Shown here: positions 37,851 through 48,784 of the stretch, piece after piece
Layout of the letters: each line of letters starts with the position of its first letter
How positions within the stretch are numbered: position 1 is the first letter of the stretch
DNA from: a bacterium
GTDB taxonomy: Bacteria; Electryoneota; Electryoneia; Electryoneales; Electryoneaceae
Assembly (NCBI GenBank): GCA_963669175.1
Contig: OY769902.1
Coordinates: 352,001 to 416,000 of the forward strand
Direction: 5' to 3'
DNA length: 64,000 nt
The notes under the pieces: generated by a model
Seen by the model: only the letters and a program-made list of their open reading frames with translations
Told to the model about the DNA's origin: nothing
The model's database searches: none
Made by a program: the position numbers and the translations under genes

Positions 37851-40840
37851 GCGTTGTTATCCAGTTCAGGATTGGGATTACGCAGTTTCGCCAGGTACGA
37901 CGTCCTTGGCCGGGTATTGATCTGCGCCAGGATTTCATAGTTCCGATCCAGCCTTTTATCTTTCGTGACCTGTTCTTCCTCATTCAGGATATTCCCGAAA
38001 CTGATGGCGTTGGTCGGGCAGGCCTGCTGGCAGGCGGTCACGACTTCACCCGCACGCAGCTCCCGTCCCTCACGTTTCGCGTACCGTTTCGCCCGCATGA
38101 TCCGTTGCAGGCAGTAGGTACACTTCTCCATCACGCCACGGAACCTCACGGTCACGTCCGGGTTCTGGGCCATCTTGATCGTCTCGGGATAAGCGTTGGT
38201 ATAGTTGTAGAAGTTGAACCGTCGCGCTTTATACGGGCAGTTGTTCGAGCAGTAGCGTGTGCCGATACAACGGTTGTAAGTCATGACGTTGAGGCCTTCT
38301 TCGTCATGGACCGTAGCCGCCACCGGGCAGACCTGTTCGCACGGCGCCATCTCACACTGCTGGCAGGCGACCGGATGATAGGCGATCTGGGGATTGTCTT
38401 CGTCGCCCGTGTAATACCGGTCCATGCGAATCCAGTGCATCTCACGACCATACCCGGCGGGTTCCTTGCCCACCACCGGAATGTTGTTTTCGCTTTGGCA
38501 GGCCACAGTACACGCCCCGCACCCAATGCAGGCGTTCAAGTCAACCACCATACCCCACTGGTTGCCGCTGGTGTATTCGTGCTCCACCCAGAGGCTTTGC
38601 AGGTCCGGGACATGCTCGGCATGTTTGGCGAACTCGGGCTCATGACGATAGCCGTCCAGCGTGTTCTCCAGCGCCAGCGCGCGCCCTTCCATGCTGCCAT
38701 GCTCCTGCACATTGGTAAGCGTGTACTGCGAGCCCATGGTCATGAGGTTGACATTCGGGACGATCCAGGGATGCCGACTGCTGCGGAATGGGAATACGTT
38801 GAATCCGGCGCCTTCGGCGATACGGCCCAGCTCGCTCAAGCCATTTCCCAACGGAAGCGTGAGCGAATGATCCGCATGCCCCGGCTGAATCCAGACCGGA
38901 ATTTCCAGGCTTAAACCGTCAGCCGTGGAAAGACGGACCATGTGACCATTTTCCAGGTTCAGATCGGAAGCGGTTTTCGGGCTGATCAGGGCCGCGTTGT
39001 CCCAGGCAAGCTTGCTGATCGGGTCCGGTAGTTCCTGCATCCAGCCGTTGTTGGCATAACGCCCATCATACAGGGTATTGTCCGGTACAAAAACAACTTC
39101 AATACCGCCCCCCGGATTCGGCTCTAGCCAGTTATTCCACAGATAGCTACTCATTCTGCCTGGATCAAAACGCACTTCGGCTGCCTCAGAAGCGCTTCCA
39201 TCGAGCGCCCCACAATGCAGCACCTTTTCCCAGTTGACCTTGCCCGGCATCGTCTGCCAGGTCTCTTTCACCAGGTCGTAATCGCTTACCTCCTCCCCCC
39301 GAATCAAATAAGCCAGGAAGGATACATCCGCTTTCCCACCGAAAAGCGGGGAAATCATCGGCTGCACAACACTCGCAGTACCATCAACCGAACGCACATC
39401 GCCCCAGGCCTCCATAAAATGCGCGCGTGGGATGTGCCAGGCGCTGAGATTAGCGGTTGCGTTCGCATATTGGCCGAAATGGATCACGGTCCCTGTGGTT
39501 TCCACCAGCGTCTTGAAACGGTAATCGCCCGGCAGGGTTTGTACCGGATCGCCACCCAGGAGAATCAGGGTATTCACTCTGCCATTGCTCAGGTTATCGA
39601 CCAGGCTGCGCATAGCTTCGTTGCGTGGCACATCCGCGTCCGGCATTTCGTGCAGGGTGAGAGTCGTTCCGAGATTATCCAACGCAATGTTGATCGCCAG
39701 CGCCAGGGCATGAAGCGCTTCATCCTGTTTGCGACCGACCAGAACGAGCGATTCGCCACGATGCTCGACCAGATCTTTAGCAATCGCCTTGACCTTTTCA
39801 CGTTCTATTCGGCTTTCACCCGTGCCCATTTTTGACTTGGGCGCACCGGGCACCTCAACGCCCAACGCCCCGAGCTGATTCGCCAGTTCGAGCAGGAAAC
39901 TGCCGATATTACTGCTTTTCATCCGGATACGATGATCGGCAGCAGCCCCGGTCACGCTGTAACCACTCTCCACGACATAAAGACGATTCATTTCGTCGTG
40001 AGGATTGGTCACTTTCCGTGCTTTCGCAAAGCTGACCGCATTACGGACATTATCGGTTTCCGTCATCAGGAAATCGCTGTCAACAGAAACAACACGTTTT
40101 GCATGTTCGAAATGATAGACAGGTTGGAAGAAAGTCTTCCGGTCCACTGCGGTAGCGATTCCTTTCAGGATGTTTTCATCGCTGACTGTATCCCAAGCCA
40201 CCCACTGCGCTTTCGGGAATTTGTTCAGAAATTCACGTTTCAAACGGGACAACGTGGGAGAATTAGAGCTTTTTGCCAGTACCGCAAAACCTTCACCCTG
40301 CAAGGGTTCCAGTTCTTCCACTTTGGCAGTCCAGGCATCCTTGAAACTGTCCCAGTTCGAACGGCTTTGCTTGTTCAGGACATACTTGGAACGGTCAGGA
40401 TCATACAGGTTCAGAATCTCCGCCTGCATCCAGGGATTGGTGCGTCCCAGGCTGGAAGGATGACGATCATTACCTTCTACTTTGGTTGGACGGCCTTCAT
40501 TGCAGGTGACCAGCAGGCCATAGGAAGTCGTGCCCATTGGCAAAGCAGTCGCATACTGCTCCGGATCACCCAATACCATGTATTCCGGCTGATCAGCGAA
40601 AGGCACGATTTTCTCGATGGGTCTGCGGCACCCTGCCAGTCCCGCCATGGCAAAGGAAGCGCCCATCACGGAGAGAAAACTGCGACGGGTGAGCTTTGTC
40701 TCATCCTGTTTCAGTTCTTCTTCCAGGTAGGGAAACTCGTTTTCGACCCATTTACGGAATTCGGGGCTTCCGGCTTTCTGCTCCAGGCTTCGCCAGTATT
40801 CCCGCCCCTGCAACGTCTTTTCCGGTTTTATCGATGACAT
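37847..40840 (-). CDS. actB: Alternative complex III subunit B (molybdopterin-oxidoreductase-like + Fe-S)
   Basis: YWRSLE, Tat TRRSFL + LAGC, EGRPTKVEGN, CIGCGACTVAC, CQQCEMAPCEQVCP, CIGTRYCSNNCP, CTYC. Confidence 0.95.
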   Translation of the reverse strand: MSSIKPEKTLQGREYWRSLEQKAGSPEFRKWVENEFPYLEEELKQDETKLTRRSFLSVMGASFAMAGLAGCRRPIEKIVPFADQPEYMVLGDPEQYATALPMGTTSYGLLVTCNEGRPTKVEGNDRHPSSLGRTNPWMQAEILNLYDPDRSKYVLNKQSRSNWDSFKDAWTAKVEELEPLQGEGFAVLAKSSNSPTLSRLKREFLNKFPKAQWVAWDTVSDENILKGIATAVDRKTFFQPVYHFEHAKRVVSVDSDFLMTETDNVRNAVSFAKARKVTNPHDEMNRLYVVESGYSVTGAAADHRIRMKSSNIGSFLLELANQLGALGVEVPGAPKSKMGTGESRIEREKVKAIAKDLVEHRGESLVLVGRKQDEALHALALAINIALDNLGTTLTLHEMPDADVPRNEAMRSLVDNLSNGRVNTLILLGGDPVQTLPGDYRFKTLVETTGTVIHFGQYANATANLSAWHIPRAHFMEAWGDVRSVDGTASVVQPMISPLFGGKADVSFLAYLIRGEEVSDYDLVKETWQTMPGKVNWEKVLHCGALDGSASEAAEVRFDPGRMSSYLWNNWLEPNPGGGIEVVFVPDNTLYDGRYANNGWMQELPDPISKLAWDNAALISPKTASDLNLENGHMVRLSTADGLSLEIPVWIQPGHADHSLTLPLGNGLSELGRIAEGAGFNVFPFRSSRHPWIVPNVNLMTMGSQYTLTNVQEHGSMEGRALALENTLDGYRHEPEFAKHAEHVPDLQSLWVEHEYTSGNQWGMVVDLNACIGCGACTVACQSENNIPVVGKEPAGYGREMHWIRMDRYYTGDEDNPQIAYHPVACQQCEMAPCEQVCPVAATVHDEEGLNVMTYNRCIGTRYCSNNCPYKARRFNFYNYTNAYPETIKMAQNPDVTVRFRGVMEKCTYCLQRIMRAKRYAKREGRELRAGEVVTACQQACPTNAISFGNILNEEEQVTKDKRLDRNYEILAQINTRPRTSYLAKLRNPNPELDNNA

Positions 40841-41475
40841 CCGCTGCACACCTCCGGCGGGTTCAGGTTCAGTTCTTCCATCCGTTGTTGCGACCATTCG
40901 CCATGCCCAGCCGGTGGAATCCACATCATGTTGGTAAGCTCGGAAGGCGGACGAAGATTTGGCGCAGGATCACGGTGACATTCAAGACACCACCCCATGG
41001 ACAGGGGTTCTTCCTGCTGTACCACTTCCATCCCACGCACATTACCATGACAGGTCACACACCCGATGGATGCGCGCATGTGCGCTGAGTGGTCGAAATA
41101 GGCGTATTCCGGCACCTTGTGGATGCGGGTCCACTCGAGGGAAGTCTGGTTGCCCCAGCTCTCCTGGACCAGAAGCAGGTTGGGTTTGTCCACCGATACC
41201 AGTGTGTGACAATTCATGCACACTTTTGTAGTGGGCACGTTCGCAGGACGTGCGTATTCCACTTGGTAGTGACAGTACCGGCAGTCCATGCCCATGTCGC
41301 CCGCATGCAGCTTGTGGCTGTATTGCACAGGCTGAATGGGCCGATAGCCGACATCTGTGAACTTCGGGGAGCCCCAGTACCAGAAGAAAAATATCGCAAA
41401 GGCTACAAACAGAACTCCCGCAACCGCGGCAAGCGCAGGTAAAGCGTTTGCTTTTTTCGGAAAGATTTGTGCCAC
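40828..41475 (-). CDS. actA: Alternative complex III pentaheme cytochrome c subunit A
   Basis: MAQIFP start, one TM, five CxxCH (CRYCH, CMNCH, CVTCH, CLECH, CSGCH). Confidence 0.95.
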   Translation of the reverse strand: MAQIFPKKANALPALAAVAGVLFVAFAIFFFWYWGSPKFTDVGYRPIQPVQYSHKLHAGDMGMDCRYCHYQVEYARPANVPTTKVCMNCHTLVSVDKPNLLLVQESWGNQTSLEWTRIHKVPEYAYFDHSAHMRASIGCVTCHGNVRGMEVVQQEEPLSMGWCLECHRDPAPNLRPPSELTNMMWIPPAGHGEWSQQRMEELNLNPPEVCSGCHR

Positions 41476-41971
41476 TGAAGAATACCTTTACCGTTTTGTT
41501 TTTCCGGTATTCCAAGCAACCGTCATGAAAAGATACTTGCTCCTTTTTTACCGAGAAAGAAGAATCTCGCATTTTTTTAGATTTAGGAGAAGCGAGGAGA
41601 ACAAGAGGTTTCATAGTCACAACTTGAAACCATACAAGGAGTAACCGTACGTGTTACCATCACCTAATTGACTTGTAGGGGGACAAGTAAGCCAACACTT
41701 ACATTGCAGCACCGCCCTGAGTTCATCTGGTATTGTTCTGAAATTTCTGTTTTGAAACGAGTGTCCATGTAGATGTAATACTTGACACCACTCATCTCTT
41801 TTAATCTGAACATCTTATTTACTCACAAATTCTACCTAACTATATTGGGCGTAAAGGAATCGCTGTTATTTACTCATGTTTGAGTGAAAAACAACTGGGT
41901 CACAATCGAGAACTGACGTTTTTCGGCTTGTTTTTCATCAAGTTACGTTCTCCCTTACAAAGCCAGGCTAC

Positions 41972-44900
41972 ATGGTGCCCAAACCAAAGCCCGAACAATC
42001 CACCTCAATGGAAGAGCAGGAGCTTTTCAACCAGGTTTTCACAAGAAATCCTGATGCTATTGTAATTGTCAGACGTAGCGATGCTGTTGTGCTGGCGGTT
42101 AACCCCGCTTTTACTGCACTCACAGGGTATGAAGAAAGGGAGCTGGTAGGAAAAACAACGATTGAAACTGGTTTCTGGGAGAATATGAAATCACGGAAAG
42201 AAACCATGAATTCAGTAATAACCCAAGGAAATTTGTATTATAGGACGAGGAAAATTCTTTGCAAGGATGGTTCGAATATTTTCATCGCATATACAACAAT
42301 TGCGCTCAATTATAAAAATCAGGATTGCTACATGAGTACCATCCGGAATGTGAATGAAACCGTCCGGTTGGAACAGGAACTGCGTGAAAGCGAGGGGATG
42401 TTCCGGGTATTATCTGAGCAATCGCTGCTGGGAATCAGCATTCTGCAGGACGATGTGTTCAAATATGCCAATCAGGCGTTTTGTGACATCCTGGGTTTTA
42501 CTCGTGAGGAAATTCTTAACTGGAAACCCGGGGAATATGTCAAGCAGCTTCATGATGGCGACCGGGATCTGGCCTATGAGCGTGGCAGGAAAAAACAGGC
42601 CGGTCACACCGACGTCATCGAGCATTACAGTTATCGCATTTTAAAGAAAGATGGTACAACTCGCTGGGTAGACCAGTTCTCCCGGACAATCAATTTCCGT
42701 GGAAAGTCTGCTGACCTGGTGACATTTGTTGATATTACAGAAATAAAGAAAACCGAAGAATCACTTCGCCGTAGTGAAACCATGTATCGTCTGCTGGCGG
42801 AGAACAGTTATGATATCATCTGGACATCGGACCTCAGGGGAAAGTACACCTACATTAGCCCATCACTTCCTCGTGTATTGGGATACCAGGATCTCGATGA
42901 AAAATCGCTGACGTTGAAAAGGATCCTGCACCCAGCGTCCTTTGCACGTGCCCGAAAAGCCACGATCCAGGTATATCGTGGTTTTACAAAAGCCAGGAAA
43001 ATGGAAAGCCGTACTTTTGAGGTTGAGGCTTTTCATAAAAACGGGAACACGATTTGGATTGAAGTTACCATTACCGCCCTCATGGATGATGACGGCAACC
43101 TGCTGGGGCTTCGTGGATCGGGTCGTGATATCCACGAAAAGAAGCTTGCGGAAATCGCTCTCAAACGCAGTGAAGAGCGCAACCGGGCCATGTTACAGGC
43201 GCTGCCGGATCTGATCTTCCGGATTGATCGCAATGGTGTTTACCTGGATTATCACGCCAATGTCCCCAGTGAATTGGCCATTTTCCCCTCTGAGTTTATT
43301 GGCACCCGAATAACAGATCACGAGTTTTCAAAAGCCTTCAGTAGCGAATTGTTGGCCATGATCCAGGAATCACTGGATCAGCAGCGTGTCTGCACCATGG
43401 ACTATCAGTTGAAACTTGATCAGACCAAATATCATTATGAAGCCCGAATATCCCCTTGTGGTGAAAACGATGTCATTCTGATCATTCGAAATATTACCTC
43501 ACGCACACAAGCCCAGGAACTGGTCAAGGAAAGCGAACAACGCTACCGTACTCTCTTCGAACGATCGCCTATCGGTGTATTGCAGATTGACGTTGATGGA
43601 CACATCCTGAATGCCAATCCTAAACTGATAGAGATTCTTCACTCTCCATCCCTGGAAGCAACACGACAAATCAATGTTCTTACCTATCCGCCGCTGGTGG
43701 AAGCGGGATTAAACACGGCTGTTAAACGATGCCTTAAAACAGGTGAGAGTTTTGTCACTGAACACGAATACACCAGTAAATGGGGATTAACCGGCTATTT
43801 CCGTGTTCACCTGGCCCCGGTGCTCAATGACAGGAATCTTGTTATTGGCGCTCAACTCCTGGTAGAGGATTTCACCCAATCCAAAATAGCTGAACAGGAA
43901 CGTATCGCCTTGGAGAAACAGGTTCTGGAAACTCAGAATCTGGAATCTATCAGCGTTCTTGCCGGGGGAATTGCGCATGATTTCAACAATCTGCTTGCGG
44001 GAATTATGGGCAACGCTGACCTGGCGATGATGGCAATCCCGAAAGAATCAAAAGCACGGGACAGCATTGAGAAAATCCTGGCTTCAGCGGAACGTGCCGC
44101 CGAATTGACAAACCAGATGCTGGCCTATTCCGGCAAAGGACAATTCATTATCCAGTCGGTCAACTTGACAGACATTGTTGAAGATATCGCGCAACTTGTT
44201 CGAGTTTCCATTTCAAGAAAAGCGAACTTGAATTTACGGCTCGATCACAACCTGGAAGCCATCCGGGCTGATGCCACTCAACTGCGTCAAATTGTAATGA
44301 ACCTCATTATCAATGCCTCTGACGCTCTGGGCGACAATATCGGGAATATCTTCGTGGAAACCGGTATGACTCAGCTCACCATCAACGAATTGGGCGACAT
44401 GCTTGTTTCTGATGAATTCAACGAAGGACGGTTTGTGTTTATACGTGTTGCTGATACAGGCCACGGCATGAGCGAGGACACCCTTTCGAAGATCTTCAAC
44501 CCCTTCTTTACAACCAAGTTTACCGGACGCGGCCTGGGATTGTCAGCGACCCTGGGAATTGTTCGAAGTCATGGTGGCGCTATTCGAGTAAACAGTAAAA
44601 TCAACGAGGGCACTGAATTTCTCCTGTATTTTCCGAGCTCCGGTACAGAGAAGATTCATACGACCATTGCTTCGCATGGTGGACTGGTTACCGGTTCCGG
44701 TACAATCCTTGTCGTTGATGATGAAGAGTCCGTACGGGAATTCGTACGGGAAGTTCTGGAGATGGTTGGCTACGACACCATCCTGGCGGAAAACGGAAGT
44801 GATGCACTTCAGAAATTCCAGGAACACAAACACGAGATAGATCTGATTCTGTTGGACCTGGTAATGCCAAAACTCAGCGGTGAAGAAGTTTTTAAACAAC

Positions 44901-45070
44901 TTGAAAAGGCTGGCAATACGATTCCTGTAGTTTTCTCCAGCGGTTTTTCCAAAAAAGATGCTCTAAATGCCTTCAAAGACAGGCCTGTCTCCGGTTATAT
45001 TGCAAAACCCTATCGGGCATCCAAACTTACACGAGTGATCAGCGACATTCTCCGTCGTTATGATTCCTAG
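41972..45070 (+). CDS. Multi-PAS hybrid sensor histidine kinase with C-terminal receiver
   Basis: About five PAS/PAC repeats, [14 protein letters not shown]-box, [20 protein letters not shown]...LLDLVMP. Confidence 0.92.
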   Translation: MVPKPKPEQSTSMEEQELFNQVFTRNPDAIVIVRRSDAVVLAVNPAFTALTGYEERELVGKTTIETGFWENMKSRKETMNSVITQGNLYYRTRKILCKDGSNIFIAYTTIALNYKNQDCYMSTIRNVNETVRLEQELRESEGMFRVLSEQSLLGISILQDDVFKYANQAFCDILGFTREEILNWKPGEYVKQLHDGDRDLAYERGRKKQAGHTDVIEHYSYRILKKDGTTRWVDQFSRTINFRGKSADLVTFVDITEIKKTEESLRRSETMYRLLAENSYDIIWTSDLRGKYTYISPSLPRVLGYQDLDEKSLTLKRILHPASFARARKATIQVYRGFTKARKMESRTFEVEAFHKNGNTIWIEVTITALMDDDGNLLGLRGSGRDIHEKKLAEIALKRSEERNRAMLQALPDLIFRIDRNGVYLDYHANVPSELAIFPSEFIGTRITDHEFSKAFSSELLAMIQESLDQQRVCTMDYQLKLDQTKYHYEARISPCGENDVILIIRNITSRTQAQELVKESEQRYRTLFERSPIGVLQIDVDGHILNANPKLIEILHSPSLEATRQINVLTYPPLVEAGLNTAVKRCLKTGESFVTEHEYTSKWGLTGYFRVHLAPVLNDRNLVIGAQLLVEDFTQSKIAEQERIALEKQVLETQNLESISVLAGGIAHDFNNLLAGIMGNADLAMMAIPKESKARDSIEKILASAERAAELTNQMLAYSGKGQFIIQSVNLTDIVEDIAQLVRVSISRKANLNLRLDHNLEAIRADATQLRQIVMNLIINASDALGDNIGNIFVETGMTQLTINELGDMLVSDEFNEGRFVFIRVADTGHGMSEDTLSKIFNPFFTTKFTGRGLGLSATLGIVRSHGGAIRVNSKINEGTEFLLYFPSSGTEKIHTTIASHGGLVTGSGTILVVDDEESVREFVREVLEMVGYDTILAENGSDALQKFQEHKHEIDLILLDLVMPKLSGEEVFKQLEKAGNTIPVVFSSGFSKKDALNAFKDRPVSGYIAKPYRASKLTRVISDILRRYDS

Positions 45071-45155
45071 CGGTCCATTGCACTCGATAGCGAGTCGATT
45101 TGGAACTTGTGTACGACATCATCGATTCTGAGATACCTCGAACAGGAGCGGCACG

Positions 45156-46088
45156 ATGACCGGTCAACCTCCATCTCCCGAGCCAACCCAGCCAGCTCCG
45201 GGTACCGCTGCGGGACGTCCCATGAAGATTGTCATTGTTGATGATTCCCGCACTCAACTGCAGATTGTTGAGAATACCCTTCAGAGTTTCGGAAATTATA
45301 AAGTGGTGCGCGCCCAGGACGGCGAAGAGGCGCTGAACCAGATTGACCGTAATACGGATATGATTCTGACTGACTGGAGTATGCCCACCATGGATGGGCT
45401 GCAACTTGTCAAAAAGATCCGTGAATCCTACTATCTCAAGAATATTCCTATCATTATGATTACCAGCAAGGGCGACTCAAAGAGTGTAATGGAAGCATTG
45501 TCGAACGGTGTTGATGACTTCATTGTCAAACCTCTACGCAAAGATGTCCTGGCGAAAAAAATCAATGTTTATCTGCTGAAGAACTCGGTAGAAAATGGGG
45601 AAGAAGAAAATAATACGTCCAGGGGCGGGAAAGACATGTCTAAACTGCCTCAAAAAAAACCTGTCATAAAAATGGGCGAACAACCCTCGAAACCAGACAT
45701 TTCAGGGGAAAAATCTGAAGACAGACCGCCCAGCAGGGTTTTAGAGATGCGCGAAAAAGCCGATAAAAAGAGAGAGCAGAATAAAGCTGAAGATTATAAA
45801 CACCAGAAACATGAAAAGAACCCGGCGCACATTCAGCTTGCAAAAGAAACGAATATAGAAAAATTCGGGCGCCTCGAATGTGAAGTTTGCAGTGAGAAGC
45901 TTGAAGACATCGAAGAGGGTGAAGGCAAATACGAAGTTCATTTTGATGCTCCACAAGCGGAGCAGATATCGGGCAAATTCTCACAGGACGCCCGGTTGCG
46001 TGTCGTATGTAACAACTGCCATAAGATCATTCACAGTCAACGCCCCTATCTTGAGGTGGACGAACTGCGAAAGATCATGAAACAATGA
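45156..46088 (+). CDS. Response regulator receiver fused to a degenerate HNH/Zn-finger-like domain
   Basis: IVDDS, LTDWSMP, ITS, FIVKP; C-terminal GRLECEVC...YEVHF...VVCNNCHKIIH. Confidence 0.8.
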   Translation: MTGQPPSPEPTQPAPGTAAGRPMKIVIVDDSRTQLQIVENTLQSFGNYKVVRAQDGEEALNQIDRNTDMILTDWSMPTMDGLQLVKKIRESYYLKNIPIIMITSKGDSKSVMEALSNGVDDFIVKPLRKDVLAKKINVYLLKNSVENGEEENNTSRGGKDMSKLPQKKPVIKMGEQPSKPDISGEKSEDRPPSRVLEMREKADKKREQNKAEDYKHQKHEKNPAHIQLAKETNIEKFGRLECEVCSEKLEDIEEGEGKYEVHFDAPQAEQISGKFSQDARLRVVCNNCHKIIHSQRPYLEVDELRKIMKQ

Positions 46089-46207
46089 AACCTGTGTAGA
46101 ACAGACCTTTGGGGTCGTCATGAGCTTTTACACCTATCCCGGCAAAGCATACTGCCGGGTTTTTCATCAGCGAGATAAACAGGAACAACAAAAACCTGAC
46201 TGAGGTC

Positions 46208-48784
46208 TTGATGAGGGTCGGTACAAAAATCGGGCTGGGGTTCAGCATTCTGACCGGGCTGTTGGTCATCAACTCGCTCGTTGGAATCCTGCAACTGAAA
46301 AGCAGTGTGCACGGTTTCACCATCGACCAGGCTCAACGAATTGAATATATCAAGACCGCAGAAAAGCTGACCCTGCACCTGTTATTGGCGCAGCGATGTG
46401 AACAGGATTGTATTTCGCTGATGGACACAACTCTTGCAGACTCGACCATCAACCACATTGAAAAATCTCATCATCTGGCCGATAGACTTGTAACGACAAG
46501 CTCAGATTCAACGATCATTTCACTCATCAGTGAACTGAAACATAGCCTGGATTCCTATGCGGCAACATTTGATTCTCTGTTACAAGTCCTGAATCACCAA
46601 AAAGACTCTGATAATATCAACCTGGTAAACACCCGGAGAAGTCGCCTTCGCCACAATGCAGATCAAGCGCTTGATCTGGCAATCAGGATTGTAAAAACCT
46701 GTGAAGATGCCACCCTTGACAACAACGAGAAGCTCGCGGGGTCAGCGAACAAGGCTGTACTGGTTCTGGCTGTACTCGGAATACTGGCTGTTATTGGATC
46801 CATTATCATCTCCATTGCCATCATCAAGAACATTCGACACCCTTTGCAGATAATTGTCGAGGGGGCAATGAATATCGCCAGCGGAGACCTTTCCACACCT
46901 GTCGAATTGCACCGCAATGATGAAATCGGTCAACTTGGCGAAGCCTTCCGTACCATGCAGCAAACGCTACAGCACCGGGTAGACATTGCGGACCGGATAG
47001 CCCACGGGCAGATTGATGTTGATATAAAAATCAACTCGGACAAAGATCGACTCGGCATGGTAATGACTACCCTGCGGGATAGGCTGAAAGTAATCGTTGA
47101 CGCTGTCCGGATAATGGGGACTGAACAGGCTGAAGGTGATTCGGACGCCATGGTTGATACCGACCAGTTCGAAGGTGTCTTCCGGGAAATGGCCGTTGAA
47201 ACCAATAACGCGGTCAGAATTCATGTCGAGAATATCAGGACTATTCTGTCGTTGCTGAGTGAGTATTCACGTGGTGATCTCCGGAAGGAGTTACCCTCCC
47301 TGCCGGGAAAACAGGCGGGTGCGAACCATGCCATGCATGAATTGCGTAACAACCTGATCCAGATTGTTGCAGCCGTAAAATCTCTCGCCGCTCGCGCTAT
47401 CGACGGACAACTATCTTCACGTGCGGACACTGAACAATTCCAGGGCGTATTCCGTGAAATGGTTGATGGCATTAATAGAACCCTGGACGAAATATCCAAG
47501 CCGATTCTTGAAGCAGCGTATGTACTGGGCGCCATGGCTGAAGGCGACCTGTCCCAACGTGTGTCCGGCGATTATAAAGGCGACCACGCCCTGATCAAGG
47601 ATGCGGTGAACCAAACGGCCAGCTCTATCCAGCGCCTGTCCACAGATACCAACATGCTGGTTCAGACCGCTCTCGCCGGGGATTTGTCCAACCGTGCGGA
47701 TGAACATACTCACGAAGGCGATTTCCGGATGATCGTTGAGGGGATTAACCAGTCCCTCGATGCTTTCCTGCAACCCATTTCAGCGGTTATTCAAGTTCTC
47801 TCGATTGTGGCCCAGGGTGACCTGACGCCATCCGTCCAGGGGGAATACAAGGGTGACCTGGCCATCTTACAAAGCAGTTTGAACCAGACATTACAATCGC
47901 TGAACGAGTTGTTGGCGCGTGTCGCTTATATCGCGGAGCAGGTCAACGCAGGTTCGGGGCATTTGACCGATATGAGCCAGAACCTGTCTGAAGGCGCTGT
48001 GCAGCAGGCGGCTTCTCTCGAACAGATTGCATCAACCATGCAGCAGATCGGTCTACAGGCGCGGCAGAGCATGGAAAATGCCATGAAGACCGATCAATTT
48101 GCTGATGCTGCCCGGAGTAGCGCTGTCAAAGGCAATCACCAGATGGAGCGTGTCGAGCAGGCGATGACGGAGATACGTTCCTCATCCAGTGACATCTCCA
48201 AGGTGATCAAGGTGATTGACGAAATCGCATCCCAGATCAACCTGCTTGCTTTGAATGCTGCTGTGGAAGCGGCACGTGCCGGGGAGGCCGGGGAAGGCTT
48301 CGCGGTTGTTGCAGATGAAGTGTACGACCTGGCGCAGCGTAGTGCGGATGCCGTGCGGGAAACCACAGAATTGATTGAAAACTCGATTGAACGTGTTGAA
48401 GAAGGCACGATTATCGTAACCGATACGGCAAAATCATTTGAAGAGATTGTCCGCCGTGCAACCGATGTTTCCACCCTGATAACCCAGATCGCAATCGCTT
48501 CAAAAGAACAGTCGCGTGGTATTGAACAAATCAGTTCAGCCTTGTTGAACGTGGAACGGATTACACAATCCAACGCGGCAAACTCACAGGAAACCGCTTC
48601 AGCAGCGGAACAACTTGAAAACATGGCCAGCAGGCTTCATGAAATGCTGGAGAAATTCCAGCTCACCATCAGTTCCGAACAGGTAAGCCAGGAAATAGAC
48701 ATCCCCGAACTGGAAGCAATAGCCGGTTTTGACAAACCTGTTTCCGGCGATCAGGAACAAACCAAAGATGATCAGGCCTTCTGA
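46208..48784 (+). CDS. Methyl-accepting chemotaxis protein with poly-HAMP region
   Basis: Two TMs, [14 protein letters not shown], repeated [38 protein letters not shown]. Confidence 0.93.
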   Translation: MMRVGTKIGLGFSILTGLLVINSLVGILQLKSSVHGFTIDQAQRIEYIKTAEKLTLHLLLAQRCEQDCISLMDTTLADSTINHIEKSHHLADRLVTTSSDSTIISLISELKHSLDSYAATFDSLLQVLNHQKDSDNINLVNTRRSRLRHNADQALDLAIRIVKTCEDATLDNNEKLAGSANKAVLVLAVLGILAVIGSIIISIAIIKNIRHPLQIIVEGAMNIASGDLSTPVELHRNDEIGQLGEAFRTMQQTLQHRVDIADRIAHGQIDVDIKINSDKDRLGMVMTTLRDRLKVIVDAVRIMGTEQAEGDSDAMVDTDQFEGVFREMAVETNNAVRIHVENIRTILSLLSEYSRGDLRKELPSLPGKQAGANHAMHELRNNLIQIVAAVKSLAARAIDGQLSSRADTEQFQGVFREMVDGINRTLDEISKPILEAAYVLGAMAEGDLSQRVSGDYKGDHALIKDAVNQTASSIQRLSTDTNMLVQTALAGDLSNRADEHTHEGDFRMIVEGINQSLDAFLQPISAVIQVLSIVAQGDLTPSVQGEYKGDLAILQSSLNQTLQSLNELLARVAYIAEQVNAGSGHLTDMSQNLSEGAVQQAASLEQIASTMQQIGLQARQSMENAMKTDQFADAARSSAVKGNHQMERVEQAMTEIRSSSSDISKVIKVIDEIASQINLLALNAAVEAARAGEAGEGFAVVADEVYDLAQRSADAVRETTELIENSIERVEEGTIIVTDTAKSFEEIVRRATDVSTLITQIAIASKEQSRGIEQISSALLNVERITQSNAANSQETASAAEQLENMASRLHEMLEKFQLTISSEQVSQEIDIPELEAIAGFDKPVSGDQEQTKDDQAF

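Noticed and set aside
37775-38914. 379-aa plus-strand ORF and other long antisense ORFs (e.g. 31785..32774, 39932..40837, 62827..63753)
   Set aside because: Shadows of conserved genes on the opposite strand, with no recognisable motifs
41476-41971. FNR/Rex operator upstream of the act-cco operon
   Set aside because: No convincing TTGAT-N4-ATCAA or TTGTGAA-N4-TTCACAA dyad found by eye
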